Under the pieces are notes generated by a model, which saw nothing but the letters and a program-made list of their open reading frames with translations, was not told the DNA's origin and searched no databases. This document shows positions 47,701-58,623 of a DNA stretch of 64,000 nt, one piece after another (position 1 is the first letter of the stretch; each line of letters begins with the position of its first letter). A program made the position numbers and the translations under genes. The DNA comes from an uncultured Bacteroidales bacterium (GTDB lineage: Bacteria > Bacteroidota > Bacteroidia > Bacteroidales > UBA10428). The stretch spans positions 3,067 through 67,066 of the forward strand of contig CAYWUI010000004.1 of NCBI GenBank assembly GCA_964461435.1. The letters run 5' to 3'.

Positions 47701-49455
47701 TTATTTTACCTTATTTTCCGCATTTCTTATTTTTTCAATAATGTCCGGACCCTTATCCGAATACTTTAATGCCTCATTCCAGTAAAATATGGCATCTTTT
47801 GAATCAGACAGATCAAACAATATGTCTCCGTAATGATCAAGAATCTCACCATTTTTATCTCCTCCGTACTTTATAGCCTTTTCAATATATTTTTTTGCCT
47901 TACTTTTTTCTCCCTTTTTAAATAGTATCCAGCCATATGTATCGAGGTACGTAAAATTCCTCGGTTCAATCTCAATCGTTAGCCTGCTTAGTTCTTCGGC
48001 CTTTTTTAAATTTTCTTCACGCAGTGCCAGGTAATAGCCATAATTATTCCTCACCAGCAAATTGTCAGGTTCAATTTCCAGGACCTTCTCAAAACAATTG
48101 TCAGATTTCCTGTAATCTCCCAGATTTTTGTAAGCTTCTCCCAGGAAAGTATAAAACTGCACTTCCTGAGATTTATTTTTTGAATATTTTAACCCGCTTT
48201 CAAGGGTTTTCGCCGCTTCCTCATTCCTCCCCGTCTGTACCAAAGCTATCCCCTTAAAAAGATAAAGTACAGGTTCTTCGTTAAATATTTTCAATGCTTC
48301 ACTGCTTTTATTAATGACGCTATCATACTTAAAAAGTGAATTTTCAATATATAACAACTGCTCCCATATTATATAGTTCCTCTTTTCTATTCCAAGCACG
48401 ACATTCAATTCATGCTCTGCCAGTTCCAATTCATCATTTCTTATATAAAAGTCAGCACATAAAGTCCGTACATTAACATTGTTTTCATACTTTCTTTTTA
48501 GCTCGTCGACAAGCATGCTTATATATTTATTAAAATTGCTGAATACCGAATCATCCTTAATAAACCGTACTATCAGTGATATTTTAACGTCCACGTCAAT
48601 ATTGTCATTATTTATGGCATCCCTGTAATATTTGAAGGCTCTCTCGTATTCATTATTTGACCGCAGGAATTCCGCATACGACAGTTCCGTTTTGTCATTA
48701 TCGGGGTCCTTAATTAAAAGCATATTGTAATATTCAAGTGCCGCATCATAATTTTTAATATCAGCATAATATTCTGCCAGCAAGCCCAGCAGATCATAGT
48801 TATCAGGATAATATTCTATTGCCTTCTTCAGTTCATTTATTGCCTCATCCTGCCTTCCTGTCTTACTGTATATTTTATGTTTTGAAATTAAGATGTTCTC
48901 ATTTTCGCCAATAACATCTTCTATTTCCTTCAGCATTAATAATGCCTTATCATATTTTTCCACCTGTTCATACATTAAAGCCAGCTTATATTTCATATTT
49001 ATATCCTTCGGTTCGGTTTTTACAAGCTTTTCATATATGTATATGCTGCTGTCAATCTCATTCTCCAGGCTGCAAATATTAGCCAGGTGCAACAAATACC
49101 ACTTATTATTATTCTCATCATAAAAAACCGCACTATCCGCATATTTTTTTGCCAATTCCATCTTGCCGGCATTTAAATAAATACTCGACAACATATAATG
49201 TATTGCAGGACTGTTTCTTTTGTATGACAGACATTCATCAAAATCTCTTATAGCTTGCCTGTACTGCCCGAAAATTGCATTTTTTGTAGCACCTGTAAAT
49301 GCATAGTAAAATTCATTATCATAATCCCTTGTCTTATCGCTACCTGCAGGTGTTACCTTATTTGTATCATACACACTGCAGCTCAATGAATTATTAATAA
49401 TCAGGATTAATCCTGTTATAAAATATATATTAATTATTTCCTTTCTTAATCTCAT
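47701..49455 (-). CDS. Tetratricopeptide-repeat lipoprotein
   Basis: 584 aa with a lipobox-like NNSLSC and many TPR units (A..YY..AL...P.N pattern throughout). Confidence 0.85.
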   Translation of the reverse strand: MRLRKEIINIYFITGLILIINNSLSCSVYDTNKVTPAGSDKTRDYDNEFYYAFTGATKNAIFGQYRQAIRDFDECLSYKRNSPAIHYMLSSIYLNAGKMELAKKYADSAVFYDENNNKWYLLHLANICSLENEIDSSIYIYEKLVKTEPKDINMKYKLALMYEQVEKYDKALLMLKEIEDVIGENENILISKHKIYSKTGRQDEAINELKKAIEYYPDNYDLLGLLAEYYADIKNYDAALEYYNMLLIKDPDNDKTELSYAEFLRSNNEYERAFKYYRDAINNDNIDVDVKISLIVRFIKDDSVFSNFNKYISMLVDELKRKYENNVNVRTLCADFYIRNDELELAEHELNVVLGIEKRNYIIWEQLLYIENSLFKYDSVINKSSEALKIFNEEPVLYLFKGIALVQTGRNEEAAKTLESGLKYSKNKSQEVQFYTFLGEAYKNLGDYRKSDNCFEKVLEIEPDNLLVRNNYGYYLALREENLKKAEELSRLTIEIEPRNFTYLDTYGWILFKKGEKSKAKKYIEKAIKYGGDKNGEILDHYGDILFDLSDSKDAIFYWNEALKYSDKGPDIIEKIRNAENKVK

Positions 49456-49457
49456 GT

Positions 49458-50468
49458 TTACCTTATGATTTTATAAATGCTGAAATCTCCGATACTAAGC
49501 TCCTCATCACTTTTCAAATATTCCACATTACTTCCGATAATAGACTGCGACGCTACTATTCCACTTACCCTGGAGTTATTATATATTATTGAATTTGATA
49601 TTATACATTTAGATATTTCCGAATCATATTCTATTGATACATAGGGACCTATTATAGAGTTGTATATTTTAACATTGTCTCCTATATAGCACGGATCGAT
49701 AATTTGCGAATTCCTTACTTTAACATTCCTGCCCGTTAGTTCTTTCCTGTCAGCAAACTCCAGGATCCTTGAGTTTGTCGCTATAAAGGTGTTTTTATTT
49801 CCACAATCGAGCCATTCCTTCACAGGGCCAATACTGAACTTAAGTCCCTTATTTTTTAAATTTTCAAGTACTGTTGTCAACTGGTATTCCCCATCCACCA
49901 TAATTTTATTTCTTATAATATTCCTTATCTCATTATTTAATAAATCCCCGTTTTTAAAATAATACAATCCCACGATTGCCTTGTTTGAAATTTTTTCTTT
50001 TGGCTTCTCTATGAAATCTGTCACTATATTCTGCTCATCTATTTTAACCACTCCATAATTTTGCGGATCCTTTACCTCATAAATCCATATTATGGCTTCT
50101 TTCTCCTTATCAACTTTAAAATCAGCTTTAAACAGCGTATCTGCAAATGCTATAACAACCTCATTATTCAAAAGGTCACTTGCACAATATATTGCATGCG
50201 CAGTTCCCAGTGCCTCTTTCTGATAATATATCTTCCCGTTTGCATTGGCATTTCCTGCAATATTAAGCAGCTCATTCTCTATATCTTTACCAAAATCACC
50301 TGTTACAAAACCAATATTCTTAATTTTACTGTCTATTGATTTTGCCAGCTCTTCTATTAGCCTGTGAACCATTGCTTTACCTGCAATTTTCATTAACGGC
50401 TTGGGAACAAACAGGGAATGAGGACGCATCCTCTTTCCTATACCTGCCATAGGGATAATTACATTCAT
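49458..50468 (-). CDS. Sugar-phosphate nucleotidyltransferase with C-terminal left-handed beta-helix
   Basis: 336 aa with the NTP-transferase motif IIPMAGIGKRMRP...PKPL and hexapeptide-like repeats in the C-terminal third. Confidence 0.8.
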   Translation of the reverse strand: MNVIIPMAGIGKRMRPHSLFVPKPLMKIAGKAMVHRLIEELAKSIDSKIKNIGFVTGDFGKDIENELLNIAGNANANGKIYYQKEALGTAHAIYCASDLLNNEVVIAFADTLFKADFKVDKEKEAIIWIYEVKDPQNYGVVKIDEQNIVTDFIEKPKEKISNKAIVGLYYFKNGDLLNNEIRNIIRNKIMVDGEYQLTTVLENLKNKGLKFSIGPVKEWLDCGNKNTFIATNSRILEFADRKELTGRNVKVRNSQIIDPCYIGDNVKIYNSIIGPYVSIEYDSEISKCIISNSIIYNNSRVSGIVASQSIIGSNVEYLKSDEELSIGDFSIYKIIR

Positions 50469-50486
50469 TTTTATAAGCTTTATTAA

Positions 50487-50918
50487 TTATTTGCCAGTAT
50501 GGCCAAACCCTCCCTTTCCCCTTTCGGTCTGATTCAACGCTTTAACCAAATCCCATTCAACCTTTTCATGCCTAGTTATTATCATCTGGCAAATTCTTTC
50601 ACCATCATTAACCGTATAAATTTTATTTGACAGATTAATAAGTATAACGCACACTTCACCCCTGTAATCGGCGTCAATGGTCCCGGGTGTATTTAATACC
50701 GATATTCCGTATTTAATGGCCAATCCGCTTCTCGGGCGTATCTGGGCCTCGCATCCTTGTGGCAGCTCAATAAACAGTCCTGTCGGCACCAGAGCTCTTT
50801 CGAGAGGTTTAAGTTTTACAGGCTTATCAATATTTGCCATCAGGTCCATTCCTGCCGAACTGTCTGTGCTGTAAGCAGGAAGTGCATGTTTTGATTTACT
50901 GACTATTTTTATCTTCAT
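50487..50918 (-). CDS. dut: dUTP diphosphatase
   Basis: 143 aa with [31 protein letters not shown] and the C-terminal [11 protein letters not shown]. Confidence 0.95.
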   Translation of the reverse strand: MKIKIVSKSKHALPAYSTDSSAGMDLMANIDKPVKLKPLERALVPTGLFIELPQGCEAQIRPRSGLAIKYGISVLNTPGTIDADYRGEVCVILINLSNKIYTVNDGERICQMIITRHEKVEWDLVKALNQTERGKGGFGHTGK

Positions 50919-52389
50919 AACCCTTTAAAAATATGGAAGCAAGCTTCTCTTTTCTTTCTACAAAATAAACAAAAGGTATAAACAACGCCGATCCAATTAT
51001 AATATTATATAGCAGATTATCAGTTTTTACCATGATATTTACAAAATATATGCCCAATCCCAATAAAATATAAAACAATATTCTTTTAATATCATATTCT
51101 ATTCTGTATAATTCCCTTCCCAGCAAATAAGAAAAAACAAGCATAACAAAATTGGATATCAGGTGCGAATATGCGCATGCTTTATAACTATAACGGGGAA
51201 TGAAAATTATATTTAATATTATAGTAATTATTGCTCCCGTGCCGACAATTAAAACTGCATACTGCGTTTTGCCAGATAATTTATACCAGAAACTAATGTT
51301 AAACGACATTCCCAGTAAAATATTAGCAAACAGTACGACCGGCACAATGCTCAGTCCCTCATGAAATTTAGGGCTTATAAAATATTTAATTATGTCTATG
51401 TATAGAACAATGAATAAAAATATAATTAAACAGAATATTACGAAGTATTTTAAAATATTTCCAAACACTTCATTCGCATTTTTCTTTTTATAATTTGAAA
51501 AGAAAAACGGATCTGCTGCAAATCTAAACATTTGTATAAAGATAGTCATGAAAACAGCTATCTTATAATTTGCTCCGTATATACCTATTTCATATAATTT
51601 ATCATAGCCCTGTACCAGGAAATGTCTTAATAATATTCTATCAATGGTTTCATTCAAAATACCTGCCAGTCCTGCCATCAGCAAGGGAAATGAATATTTA
51701 AGGATGCTCCCGTACAGTTTTGTGTTGAATTTTAATACAATTTTTTTCAGATCAACAAGCAATATAAAGCATATAAGTATGCTTGCCAGCATATTTGCAA
51801 TTAAAACATACCCCACTCCAATATTCTTATTATAAATGCTATTCATCCAGTTGCTGCCGTGTGTCCTGGAAATATAGGGCATAATCTCCAGGAAAAACAA
51901 TATCAGAACTATATTTACAATCACTCCAAGAATTTTGAATACTGCAAACTTCATCACTTTCTCTTCCATCCTTAATTTCGCATAGAATATAGACGTAAAA
52001 GCATCAAGGGCTATTATTACAGCCAGCCATTTAATGTATTCCGGCCTGTTGTTATACCCCATCAGTCCGGATATTTTGTTAACAAAAATGAAAACAAGCA
52101 CAACAAATAATGATGATGTTGCAAATAATGATATGGCAGAAGTTGTAAAGATATCTCCGCTTTTTTCCTTGTCAGCAGTAAATTTGAAATAACCTGTCTC
52201 AAGCCCGTAGGTGAGAATCACTATCAATACTGCCACATAGGCATATAATTCCGTAATTATACCATACTCGCAGACCTGAAATTTGTATGTATAATAAGGT
52301 GTTAGTATGGCATAATTTAAAAATCTCGGTATTATGGAGCCCAGTCCGTATATTAAAGTCTGTCCCCCTAATTTCTTATAAGGATTCAA
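50896..52389 (-). CDS. MOP-superfamily oligosaccharide/polysaccharide flippase (Wzx/MurJ-like)
   Basis: 497 aa with about 14 TM helices and the typical N-terminus [22 protein letters not shown]. The start is TTG. The 3' end overlaps dut by 23 nt. Confidence 0.8.
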   Translation of the reverse strand: MNPYKKLGGQTLIYGLGSIIPRFLNYAILTPYYTYKFQVCEYGIITELYAYVAVLIVILTYGLETGYFKFTADKEKSGDIFTTSAISLFATSSLFVVLVFIFVNKISGLMGYNNRPEYIKWLAVIIALDAFTSIFYAKLRMEEKVMKFAVFKILGVIVNIVLILFFLEIMPYISRTHGSNWMNSIYNKNIGVGYVLIANMLASILICFILLVDLKKIVLKFNTKLYGSILKYSFPLLMAGLAGILNETIDRILLRHFLVQGYDKLYEIGIYGANYKIAVFMTIFIQMFRFAADPFFFSNYKKKNANEVFGNILKYFVIFCLIIFLFIVLYIDIIKYFISPKFHEGLSIVPVVLFANILLGMSFNISFWYKLSGKTQYAVLIVGTGAIITIILNIIFIPRYSYKACAYSHLISNFVMLVFSYLLGRELYRIEYDIKRILFYILLGLGIYFVNIMVKTDNLLYNIIIGSALFIPFVYFVERKEKLASIFLKGYEDKNSQ

Positions 52390-52450
52390 TTTTCGTGATT
52401 AATTTTTAAAACATAAAACAATTTAATACTTTCAATTTTATATGTATTCT

Positions 52451-52458
52451 TAAATTTG
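52451..52458 (+). promoter_or_regulatory. Candidate -7 box (TAAATTTG) for the cyclophilin gene
   Basis: It matches TAnnTTTG 31 nt upstream of the ATG at 52489. The ORF-track TTG start (52456) lies inside this box, which argues for the ATG. Confidence 0.4.
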
Positions 52459-52488
52459 TATTTTCGGACAATCATAAATATTAAAAAA

Positions 52489-53166
52489 ATGAACAGGGTG
52501 GTAAAATTATATTATTCTTTGTTTTTCGCTCTTATTTTTAATAACAATATTTCCATGAATGCACAAATAAATGATGTTCCGGTTGTTGAAATTGAAACCT
52601 CCTTCGGCATTATTAAGGTAAAACTATATAATGAAACGCCAATGCACCAGGAGAACTTCTTAAAGCTTGTTTCCCGGAATTTTTATGATGATCTGCTATT
52701 TCACCGTGTTATTGAAGGTTTCATGATACAGGCAGGTGATCCTAATTCTAAAAATGCCCTTCCTGGCCAGCCTCTGGGCCAGGGAGATCTTGACTATACA
52801 ATACCTGCCGAATTTAATAAAGACCTTTTTCACAAAAAGGGCGCACTTGCTGCTGCCAGGCTCCCTGACAACATAAATCCCAATAAAGAATCCTCTGCCT
52901 CGCAGTTTTATATTGTGCAGGGAAGGAAGTATTCCGGTTCCGAACTTGATTACATGGAGCGTAGCGGTACTCACATCAAATTTACTGACGAACAGAGAAA
53001 AATATATACTACAATAGGGGGCACCCCCCAACTCGATTATTCTTACACCGTATTTGGGGAGGTCATTGAAGGTATGGATGTTATTGATAAAATCGCCTCT
53101 GTTGAAACAGACCGCCGTGACAGGCCTCTGAAAGATATTAAACTGAAAATCATACGTGTTAACTAA
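52489..53166 (+). CDS. Peptidyl-prolyl cis-trans isomerase, cyclophilin type (exported)
   Basis: It has a signal-like N-terminus (VVKLYYSLFFALIFNNNISMNAQ), then FHRVIEGFMIQAGDP, SQFYIV and VFGEVIEGMDVIDKI. Confidence 0.9.
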   Translation: MNRVVKLYYSLFFALIFNNNISMNAQINDVPVVEIETSFGIIKVKLYNETPMHQENFLKLVSRNFYDDLLFHRVIEGFMIQAGDPNSKNALPGQPLGQGDLDYTIPAEFNKDLFHKKGALAAARLPDNINPNKESSASQFYIVQGRKYSGSELDYMERSGTHIKFTDEQRKIYTTIGGTPQLDYSYTVFGEVIEGMDVIDKIASVETDRRDRPLKDIKLKIIRVN

Positions 53167-53189
53167 CTATACATGAAAATCTTATTATT

Positions 53190-54212
53190 ATGACAGGGGT
53201 TATTGACAGTTATATTAAGGAAATAGAATCTTTTCATTCCGGTAACCATGATGAAATTGAGAAATTCAGGATTAAATTCCTGAGCAAAAAAGGTATTATA
53301 GCCTCTTTATTCGAGCAGTTTAAAAATATGCCTCCGGAGCAAAGAAAAACAATGGGTCAGAAGATAAATACCCTTAAAAACAAAGCTCTTGATAAAATAG
53401 CTGTTCTTAAAGAACAATCCCTTCCTTCAAAAAAAGAGTCCGTCATAAACGATCCTACTTCTCCTGCAGAGTCAATCCCTATGGGGTCAAGGCATCCTGT
53501 TTCCATAGTAAGGAAGCAGATAATCGATATTTTTTCCAGGATAGGATTTACTGTTGAAGAAGGCCCTGAAATAGAAGATGACTGGCATGTTTTTTCAGGA
53601 TTGAATTTCCCTGATGAGCATCCTGCAAGAGACATGCAGGACACATTCTTCATAGAATTAAATCCCGACATCCTGCTGCGCACACACACCTCGTCAGTAC
53701 AGGTAAGGGTTATGGAAACGCAGCAGCCTCCGATAAGGAAAATTTTCCCCGGCAGGGTATTCCGCAACGAAGTTGTTTCCGCAAGGGCTCATTGCATATT
53801 TCACCAGGTCGAAGGATTGTATATTGACAAGAATGTATCATTTGCCGATCTTAAGCAGACATTATTGTTTTTTGCCAAAGAGATGTTTGGCGGGGCCACC
53901 CGGATAAGGCTCAGGCCTGCATTTTTCCCGTTTACCGAACCGTCTGCCGAAATGGATATCTCATGCAGCATATGCGGCGGAAAAGGATGCAACATTTGCA
54001 AATATACCGGTTTTGTGGAAATCCTGGGCTGCGGCATGGTTGATCCCAACGTTCTTGAAGCATCTGATATAAGCAGCACAGAATATACAGGTTTTGCTTT
54101 TGGCATGGGCATTGAACGTGTTGCAATGTTAAAATATCATATTAATGATTTGAGATTGTTCTTCGAAAATGACTTAAGGTTTCTCAGCCAGTTTAAAGGT
54201 GATATCACCTGA
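53190..54212 (+). CDS. pheS: Phenylalanine--tRNA ligase alpha subunit
   Basis: 340 aa with class-II motifs (HPARDMQDTF, FPGRVFRNE, GFAFGMGIERVAMLKY). Confidence 0.95.
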   Translation: MTGVIDSYIKEIESFHSGNHDEIEKFRIKFLSKKGIIASLFEQFKNMPPEQRKTMGQKINTLKNKALDKIAVLKEQSLPSKKESVINDPTSPAESIPMGSRHPVSIVRKQIIDIFSRIGFTVEEGPEIEDDWHVFSGLNFPDEHPARDMQDTFFIELNPDILLRTHTSSVQVRVMETQQPPIRKIFPGRVFRNEVVSARAHCIFHQVEGLYIDKNVSFADLKQTLLFFAKEMFGGATRIRLRPAFFPFTEPSAEMDISCSICGGKGCNICKYTGFVEILGCGMVDPNVLEASDISSTEYTGFAFGMGIERVAMLKYHINDLRLFFENDLRFLSQFKGDIT

Positions 54213-54219
54213 AAAATAA

Positions 54220-54600
54220 ATACGCTTTTCAAAGAAAGTCCAGTCCCTCAAGGGTACTTTTGATACTGCCGAATACCTGCTTCTTATATTTGCTGTTGCC
54301 ATAGGTACATTAGCTGATTTCCGAGAGCTCCTGGATTCCAGCTCCGCAATCTTTTATTATTTGGCCACTATGCTGGGCTTTTCTATAATTCTTCATATAA
54401 TTCTTGGAGCAATCTTTCGCATTGATACCGATACCTTAATTATAACCTCTACTGCAGGAATATTCGGCCCTGCATTTATTGGTCCGGTAGCCAACGGCAT
54501 CCGCAACAAGCAGGTAATTGTACCGGGTATAACTATGGGCTTGCTAGGTTATGCTATTGGAAACTACCTTGGGCTGGCCGTTGCCTGGCTGTTAAAATAG
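54220..54600 (+). pseudogene. 5'-truncated remnant of a multi-pass membrane protein gene (C-terminal ~125 codons; DUF819/YjcL-like by memory)
   Basis: The frame is open from just after a TAA at 54217 to the stop at 54600. It reads IRFSKKVQSLKGTFDTAEYLLLIFAVAIGTLADFRELLDSSSAIFYYLATMLGFSIILH...[20 protein letters not shown]. The first in-frame ATG is at 54370. The frame starts 8 nt after the pheS stop, with no room for the rest of the gene. Confidence 0.45.
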
Positions 54601-55614
54601 TGACTGTGTTTCCCCGAATTTTGACTTGCCCATATGCTTATATGCCAATTCTGTCACCTCCCTCCCTCTTGGTGTGCGTTTAATGAATCCCTCCTTTATG
54701 AGAAAGGGCTCATATACTTCTTCTATAGTTCCCGCATCCTCACCCACTGCAATACCTATAGTATTTAATCCCACGGGGCCGCCCCTGAATTTTTCAATTA
54801 TTGTATTCAGTATTTTATTATCCATTTCATCCAGTCCGCGCTTATCAATATTTAAAGCTTCAAGGGAATACCTGGCAATATGCAGGTCAATAATACCTTT
54901 TCCCTTGACCTGTGCAAAATCCCTGACCCTCCTCAGGAGGGCGTTGGCTATTCTTGGTGTTCCCCTTGACCGCTGGGCTATCTCTTTTGCTGCCTGTTCA
55001 TCAATTTGTATGTTAAGAATCCCTGATGAGCGCAGTATTATTAAGTACAATATATCTTCATCATAATACTCCAGGTGTGATCTAATGCCAAATCTTGACC
55101 TCAGGGGGCTTGTCAGCAATCCGGCTCTTGTTGTTGCTCCTATTAAAGTAAACGGATTTAAAGACAGTTGAATGGACCTTGCGCCGGGACCCTTATCTAT
55201 CACAAGGTCAATTCTATAATCCTCCATTGCTGAATATAAATACTCTTCTATAGTAGCATTCAGTCTATGTATTTCATCAATAAAAAGTACATCGTTCTCC
55301 TCAAGATTTGTTAAAATTCCTGCCAGGTCGCCGGCTTTTTCCAGTACAGGTCCCGATGTTGTCTTAATATTGGAATTAAGCTCGTTGGCTATAATATTGG
55401 CAAGGGTTGTCTTGCCTAGTCCCGGGGGTCCTGACAACAAAATATGATCCAGGGCCTCATTTCTCATTTTTGCAGCCTTCACAAACACTTTAAGATTTTC
55501 AACAATCTTATCCTGTCCCTTAAATTCATTGAATTCATGAGGTCTCAGCTTTTTCTCATATTCCTTTTCGACTTCGCTTATTTTGTCGTTCCTGATATTA
55601 TATATATCATCCAT
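54592..55614 (-). CDS. ruvB: Holliday junction branch-migration helicase RuvB
   Basis: 340 aa with Walker [12 protein letters not shown], Walker [10 protein letters not shown], sensor GATTRAG and [16 protein letters not shown]. Confidence 0.97.
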   Translation of the reverse strand: MDDIYNIRNDKISEVEKEYEKKLRPHEFNEFKGQDKIVENLKVFVKAAKMRNEALDHILLSGPPGLGKTTLANIIANELNSNIKTTSGPVLEKAGDLAGILTNLEENDVLFIDEIHRLNATIEEYLYSAMEDYRIDLVIDKGPGARSIQLSLNPFTLIGATTRAGLLTSPLRSRFGIRSHLEYYDEDILYLIILRSSGILNIQIDEQAAKEIAQRSRGTPRIANALLRRVRDFAQVKGKGIIDLHIARYSLEALNIDKRGLDEMDNKILNTIIEKFRGGPVGLNTIGIAVGEDAGTIEEVYEPFLIKEGFIKRTPRGREVTELAYKHMGKSKFGETQSLF

Positions 55615-55625
55615 AAATGATTCCT

Positions 55626-57194
55626 CTATTTTATAAGTTTTATATTTTCATCAGGCAAATCGACTTTTACTCCGTTTATCCTGATTTCCTTATTGTTATC
55701 ATAAGTAACAGTAATAAGCAAATTGCCGTACCTGTCATATTTTTTCCAGCTTTTTTCCTTGATCCCCATTGTAAAATACTGCTCTTCCTTCAATATGCCA
55801 TTTTCATAATAATACCTGTGCTTCCCGTCGGGATTACCCTGAATATAATCTCCCTCGAATTTAAGTATGTCGCCTGTATAATAGTTTCTCCATTTCCCGT
55901 CCTTTAACCCTCCGATATATGAGCCTATTTCAATCTCATCGCCTACATTATAGTACCATTCCCCCTCCTTTTCGCCGTCAAAATATTTACCTTTTGTAAT
56001 GACCTCGCCCGTTTCATCGTATTCTATAAAATCTCCTTCTTCCCTGCCCTCATAATACTCCTCTTTCCTTTTAACCGTTTCATTCTCACAGTACCATACC
56101 CATTCCCCGTTAAATCTACCATTTTCAAATTCTCCTGTCTGTTCTATTTTACCATTTGTAAAATAGAACACCCATTTCCCCTGTTGCAGGTTGTCCCTGT
56201 ATTGTCCTTTGGATTTCAGAATCCCTGTAACATAAAAATTCTTCCAGTTCCCTGATTTATTTCCTTCCCTGTCAACAATACCTTCAGAAATTTTTACTCC
56301 ATTGTCGTTATATATAACAGCATTAATAACGTTTCCGCTTATGTCATATTTTCTGTGAATACCGATAGGTTTAAAATTTCTGAAAGCCCCGTTATATGTC
56401 AAATTGCCGCTTTCATCATATTCATTTTTTATATCAATATCTTCTGCTCCAATATTATTATCCTCTACGATCTTACCTCCTTCGTACTTTAAAATTAAAG
56501 ACAGGTTACCACTCTCATCGTACTCTTTATAAAGTCCGTTAAATTTATCATCTGTATAGTTAATTTCTTTTTTTACCTTATCATCGGCATAAAATTCTTT
56601 CCATACTCCCTGTTTAAGTCCCTGTTCATCGACCCTGTTTATTTTTTCCCTCTCCGCGAGATTCCCCTTGATATAGTATAATATGGTTATTATTGTCCCT
56701 GATTCATCATACTCAAAGGCTGTTCCGTCCCTTTTGTTATCTTTATACACGGCTTTACTTTTTAGTCTGCCGCTATTGTAATAATAATATGAAGTACCTT
56801 CTTTTTCATCATTTATATACAATTCCCTTGCTATAATATTTCCCACATATTCTATATTGGCTGTCCTGTCCGTATTATATGTCAGCATATACCCTGTTCT
56901 TTTTCCCATAATATAGTTTATTTTCCTCACCGTATCACCAACGTTGTTATAAAATACCCAAGTACTGTCGAGTATATGATTCTTCCTGTTGCCCTCGGAT
57001 TTTAATACTCCGGTCAGATAATAGGTTTTCCAGTATCCATCGGGCTTACTGTTTTTCATCATTCCCTCGCTCGATACTTTGCCGTTGCTGTAATATAGAA
57101 TAATATAGCCGTTCCCGACTATTTCCTGCTGCGCACCTATAATAGCATACAGATTTAAAACCAGTGCAAGAAGGATATATCTTTCAAGTTTCAT
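55626..57194 (-). CDS. Exported MORN-variant / YwqK-family repeat protein
   Basis: The start is set at the ATG at 57194 ([22 protein letters not shown] signal), which removes the apparent overlap with nadA. It has roughly 20 tandem ~23-aa units of the type YY.NGK....G.Y.NGK..G.W.. Confidence 0.85.
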   Translation of the reverse strand: MKLERYILLALVLNLYAIIGAQQEIVGNGYIILYYSNGKVSSEGMMKNSKPDGYWKTYYLTGVLKSEGNRKNHILDSTWVFYNNVGDTVRKINYIMGKRTGYMLTYNTDRTANIEYVGNIIARELYINDEKEGTSYYYYNSGRLKSKAVYKDNKRDGTAFEYDESGTIITILYYIKGNLAEREKINRVDEQGLKQGVWKEFYADDKVKKEINYTDDKFNGLYKEYDESGNLSLILKYEGGKIVEDNNIGAEDIDIKNEYDESGNLTYNGAFRNFKPIGIHRKYDISGNVINAVIYNDNGVKISEGIVDREGNKSGNWKNFYVTGILKSKGQYRDNLQQGKWVFYFTNGKIEQTGEFENGRFNGEWVWYCENETVKRKEEYYEGREEGDFIEYDETGEVITKGKYFDGEKEGEWYYNVGDEIEIGSYIGGLKDGKWRNYYTGDILKFEGDYIQGNPDGKHRYYYENGILKEEQYFTMGIKEKSWKKYDRYGNLLITVTYDNNKEIRINGVKVDLPDENIKLIK

Positions 57195-57198
57195 AATA

Positions 57199-58203
57199 CT
57201 AAAGTCCGACTTTTTCTGAAATTTCAAGCATTTTTAATATAGGTTTTTCAGCCTTTGCCCTTAATTTTTCGTCAAGTGTTATTTCCGGCAGTTCGTATTT
57301 CATACATATATATATCTTTTCAAGGGTATTCAGCTTCATAAAATTACACTCGCTGCAGCCACATGTCGAATCCCTGGGAGGGGCGGGTATAAATATTTTA
57401 CTGGGACTGGCCTTTCTCATCTGATGTATTATCCCCGGCTCCGTGGCCACAATATATTTACCGGCTTCATCACTGATAGTAAATTTTAACAATGATGATG
57501 TCGAGCCTATATGATCTGCAATTAAAAGGACAGGTTTTTGGCATTCGGGATGGGCTATAATTTTGGCATCTTTATTTTCCTTTTTAAGTTCTGCAATCTT
57601 TTCCACAGAAAATTCCTCGTGTACATGGCATGCCCCGTTCCATATGATCATATCCCTGCCTGACAGGCTTTTTATATAATTACCCAGATTTTTGTCAGGA
57701 GCAAAAACAATCTTTTCATTCTCCGGCAAATAATTAATTATCTGCAGTGCATTTGTCGATGTACATATTATGTCTGACAGTGCTTTTATTTCTGCCGATG
57801 TATTTATATAACTGATGACGGTATGGCCTGGATATTTTTTCAGAAATTTTTCAAATTCTTTTGGCGGACATGAGTCTGCCAGTGAGCATCCTGCATTTAA
57901 ATCAGGAAGAAGGACCTTTTTTCGGGGTGACAAAATTTTTGCTGTCTCTGCCATAAAATGAACTCCCGAAAATACAATAATGTCGGCATCAGTGCTTGCT
58001 GCCTTCCTTGACAAGTCAAGGCTGTCACCCACAAAGTCTGCTATATCCTGTATTTTATCATTCTGATAATAATGTGCCAGTATGACAGCATTTTTTTCTT
58101 TCCTCAGCCTGTTTATTTCCCCTGCAATATCCAAATCTTTTGGCACTTCCATTTTCAGATATCCAAAATCCTTCAAATCTTTTTTATTAACAATATAATT
58201 CAT
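57199..58203 (-). CDS. nadA: Quinolinate synthase
   Basis: 334 aa with ILAHYYQ, GVHFMAETAKIL, CSLADSC, the YINTSAE pattern, HPEC and a C-terminal C-x-C-x2-C region (TCGCSECNFM). Confidence 0.95.
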   Translation of the reverse strand: MNYIVNKKDLKDFGYLKMEVPKDLDIAGEINRLRKEKNAVILAHYYQNDKIQDIADFVGDSLDLSRKAASTDADIIVFSGVHFMAETAKILSPRKKVLLPDLNAGCSLADSCPPKEFEKFLKKYPGHTVISYINTSAEIKALSDIICTSTNALQIINYLPENEKIVFAPDKNLGNYIKSLSGRDMIIWNGACHVHEEFSVEKIAELKKENKDAKIIAHPECQKPVLLIADHIGSTSSLLKFTISDEAGKYIVATEPGIIHQMRKASPSKIFIPAPPRDSTCGCSECNFMKLNTLEKIYICMKYELPEITLDEKLRAKAEKPILKMLEISEKVGL

Positions 58204-58596
58204 TAATATATATTTAAATTATTTATATTATTTTTTTTATAGTCTGTTAATTGTGTTTATAAATTTATTATACTTTTCTTGCTTTTAAAGTAATTAAAAA
58301 TTTACTAAATGATTTTCAACAATCATAATCTTATTTAATTTTTGATTTATAAACTGATACATACTTTTTAACAAGCTGTTAATTAATACCGTTCTGTAAA
58401 ATTAATTAGATTTTTTAAAACGGTATTTTGTTTAAATAATGTTAAGTTTCAGATAAGAATTTCTAAAAAATATATTTTTATATTTTAAAACAATTTATAT
58501 ACATGTTTTGTAATCCGGAAGTCAAGTTTTTTTATGAATTTTAACATTCAACAAGCTAACAAATATTTAATATTCCTGTTAATAATATATTTATTT

Positions 58597-58604
58597 TATA
58601 TTTG
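58597..58604 (+). promoter_or_regulatory. Candidate -7 box (TATATTTG) for rpiB
   Basis: It matches TAnnTTTG 20 nt upstream of the ATG at 58624. Confidence 0.4.
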
Positions 58605-58623
58605 CCTTTAAGTTATAAAACAA

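Noticed and set aside
33983-52389. Several genes with only a TTG or GTG start available (rsgA, uvrC, ybeY, the EnvC-like gene, the flippase, the 965-aa protein and the TonB-like gene), considered as a sign of unusual initiation or recoding.
   Set aside because: The fraction (roughly one gene in seven) is within the normal bacterial range. The N-termini align with what I expect for these families, and there is no evidence of recoding.
53357-53767. 136-aa ORF antisense to pheS, plus ORFs at 53801..54112 and 53932..54126.
   Set aside because: It is a shadow of a highly conserved gene with no motifs of its own.
54626-55066. 146-aa ORF antisense to ruvB.
   Set aside because: ruvB is unambiguous on the opposite strand, and the antisense frame has no recognisable features.
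57199-57227. Apparent 29-nt overlap between nadA and the MORN-repeat gene in the ORF track.
   Set aside because: The MORN protein's signal peptide begins at the internal ATG at 57194 ([13 protein letters not shown]...). With that start the genes do not overlap.
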